Source: Ramazzottius varieornatus
Taxonomy: Eukaryota; Animalia; Tardigrada
Direction: 5' to 3'
Length of the DNA stretch: 64,000 nt
Assembly (NCBI GenBank): GCA_001949185.1
Contig: BDGG01000016.1
Span: forward strand, 682,001 to 746,000
The notes below the pieces were generated by a model, which worked only from the letters and a program-made list of their open reading frames with translations, searched no databases and was not told where the DNA came from. This document shows positions 62,981 to 64,000 of the stretch, one piece after another (within the stretch, counting starts at the first letter, position 1; every line of letters begins with the position of its first letter). Position numbers and translations under genes: made by a program.

Positions 62981-63769
62981 CCTTGCGGAAGTCCCATTTC
63001 ATCGAGTTTGCTTCGATCTGTGAAAATTTTTCAAAATTATCTAAAAATGTGGCTGTAGTGGGATGACATTTGAAGAGTAAGTGAAAGATGAAGAGTCATA
63101 TCATGTCTTTGGAAAAAAGAGGTTCAAGGTCGGTTAACTTTGATCCACTACGCCAACTCATCGTGGCGACCCTCGGGCTCCTCGTACTGGTATCCTCTCT
63201 GCCACCAACTGGTACCACCTTCTCAAAACCGTCACCTGAAGTAATCACCACAAAGAAATTTTTTCTAGTATTCTTGTACCGTCCTCGAGGCTAAGACCGG
63301 CGTCAGCAACATTTTAATCATCAACCACTAAAAAAAGTGCTCCACGTGGAAGGTGCCGGCGGACAAGTAACTCAGCCTTCACCGAAGAAGCTGCGGCCAT
63401 CTTGTGTTGCTGCGGTAGCTGGACGACTATGGCAAACAGCGCTGAACTTCAACGACCTCATTTGCTCGCCGAGGTCCAACCAGTGAAATTTCTTCATCAT
63501 CCATCAACATGCGACGTTGCAAGTTCAAGCTTGAGTTACTGCACCAGCTACGTATAGCGTCAATCGTGCGCGACCTCGCGCATGTACCTTGGCAAATTAA
63601 CCGAAGAACCTTCACACTTCACCTAAGGCTGAGTTACCTCTCAGAGGAGCTCCTCATTTCAACATCCAAACAAATTCCAAACACGACTTCCCCAAAACGT
63701 TTTAACTACTTTGGAAGCAGGAACCAGTAGAGCCACTGGCGGCATCTGTCGAGAAACGGGCGGGCATTT

Positions 63770-63893
63770 GGGAAGTCAGCAAATGAATCAAACACGACTG
63801 TTATGTCAAGTGGCGCATGTTTTCGTTGTCTTTGGCTGAAAGCGTGCGCCACTTGAGGGAAACGATCATGTTGAAGTCATTTGCCGACATCCC
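63770..63893. repeat. Palindromic element family A
   Basis: GGGAAGTCAGCAAATGA..AAGTGGCGCAT-N25-GTGCGCCACTT..TCATTTGCCGACATCCC. Confidence 0.85.
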
Positions 63894-64000
63894 AATTTTT
63901 TTCTGATTGATATCTTGCCCAGCTCTGAATTTTCTTTTTCGCTGACAAAAGATTTTGACCTTATGTTTTGAGCATCGAAAAGAAAGCAATATTGACATGA

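Noticed and set aside
63088-63730. Possible decayed Ty3/gypsy pol fragment (FDPLRQLIVAT; LELLHQ..W..IN)
   Set aside because: The catalytic DAS and zinc-finger residues are absent and the spacing is too short. It needs a translated search to be supported.

Overview
Gene-dense eukaryotic DNA from a compact invertebrate bilaterian genome (short GT-AG introns, roughly mid-40s % GC by eye; the species cannot be determined). Spliced genes reconstructed by hand, left to right: BPTF/NURF301 (+, 5' end outside window); a divergent HSF5/HSFX/HSFY-like factor (-); a small orphan gene (-); an intron-containing gene with a Tc1/paired-like bipartite HTH but no DDE domain (-); a TENT4/Trf4-family nucleotidyltransferase carrying His at the Cid1 H336 UTP-selecting position (+); MRCK/genghis khan (-); MED17 (+); a divergent SKP1 (-); an adjacent pair of intron-containing pseudogenes, an H3.3-derived long-tailed variant (K79M, K56Q) and a very divergent menin (+); and Pax2/5/8 (-). 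The main non-coding signal is about 25 copies of a ~120-bp palindromic MITE-like element, mostly intronic, with GRG...CYC ends and 4-bp TSDs. Its AAGTGGCGCAC-N25-GTGCGCCACTT dyad keeps an almost fixed 25-bp spacing despite a scrambled spacer. Also present: a second dyad family (30-bp spacer), two adjacent hAT MITEs, a TA-TSD MITE spanning the N gap, and a perfect 27-bp hairpin covering an MRCK 5' splice site. All homology calls come from remembered motifs, not database searches.
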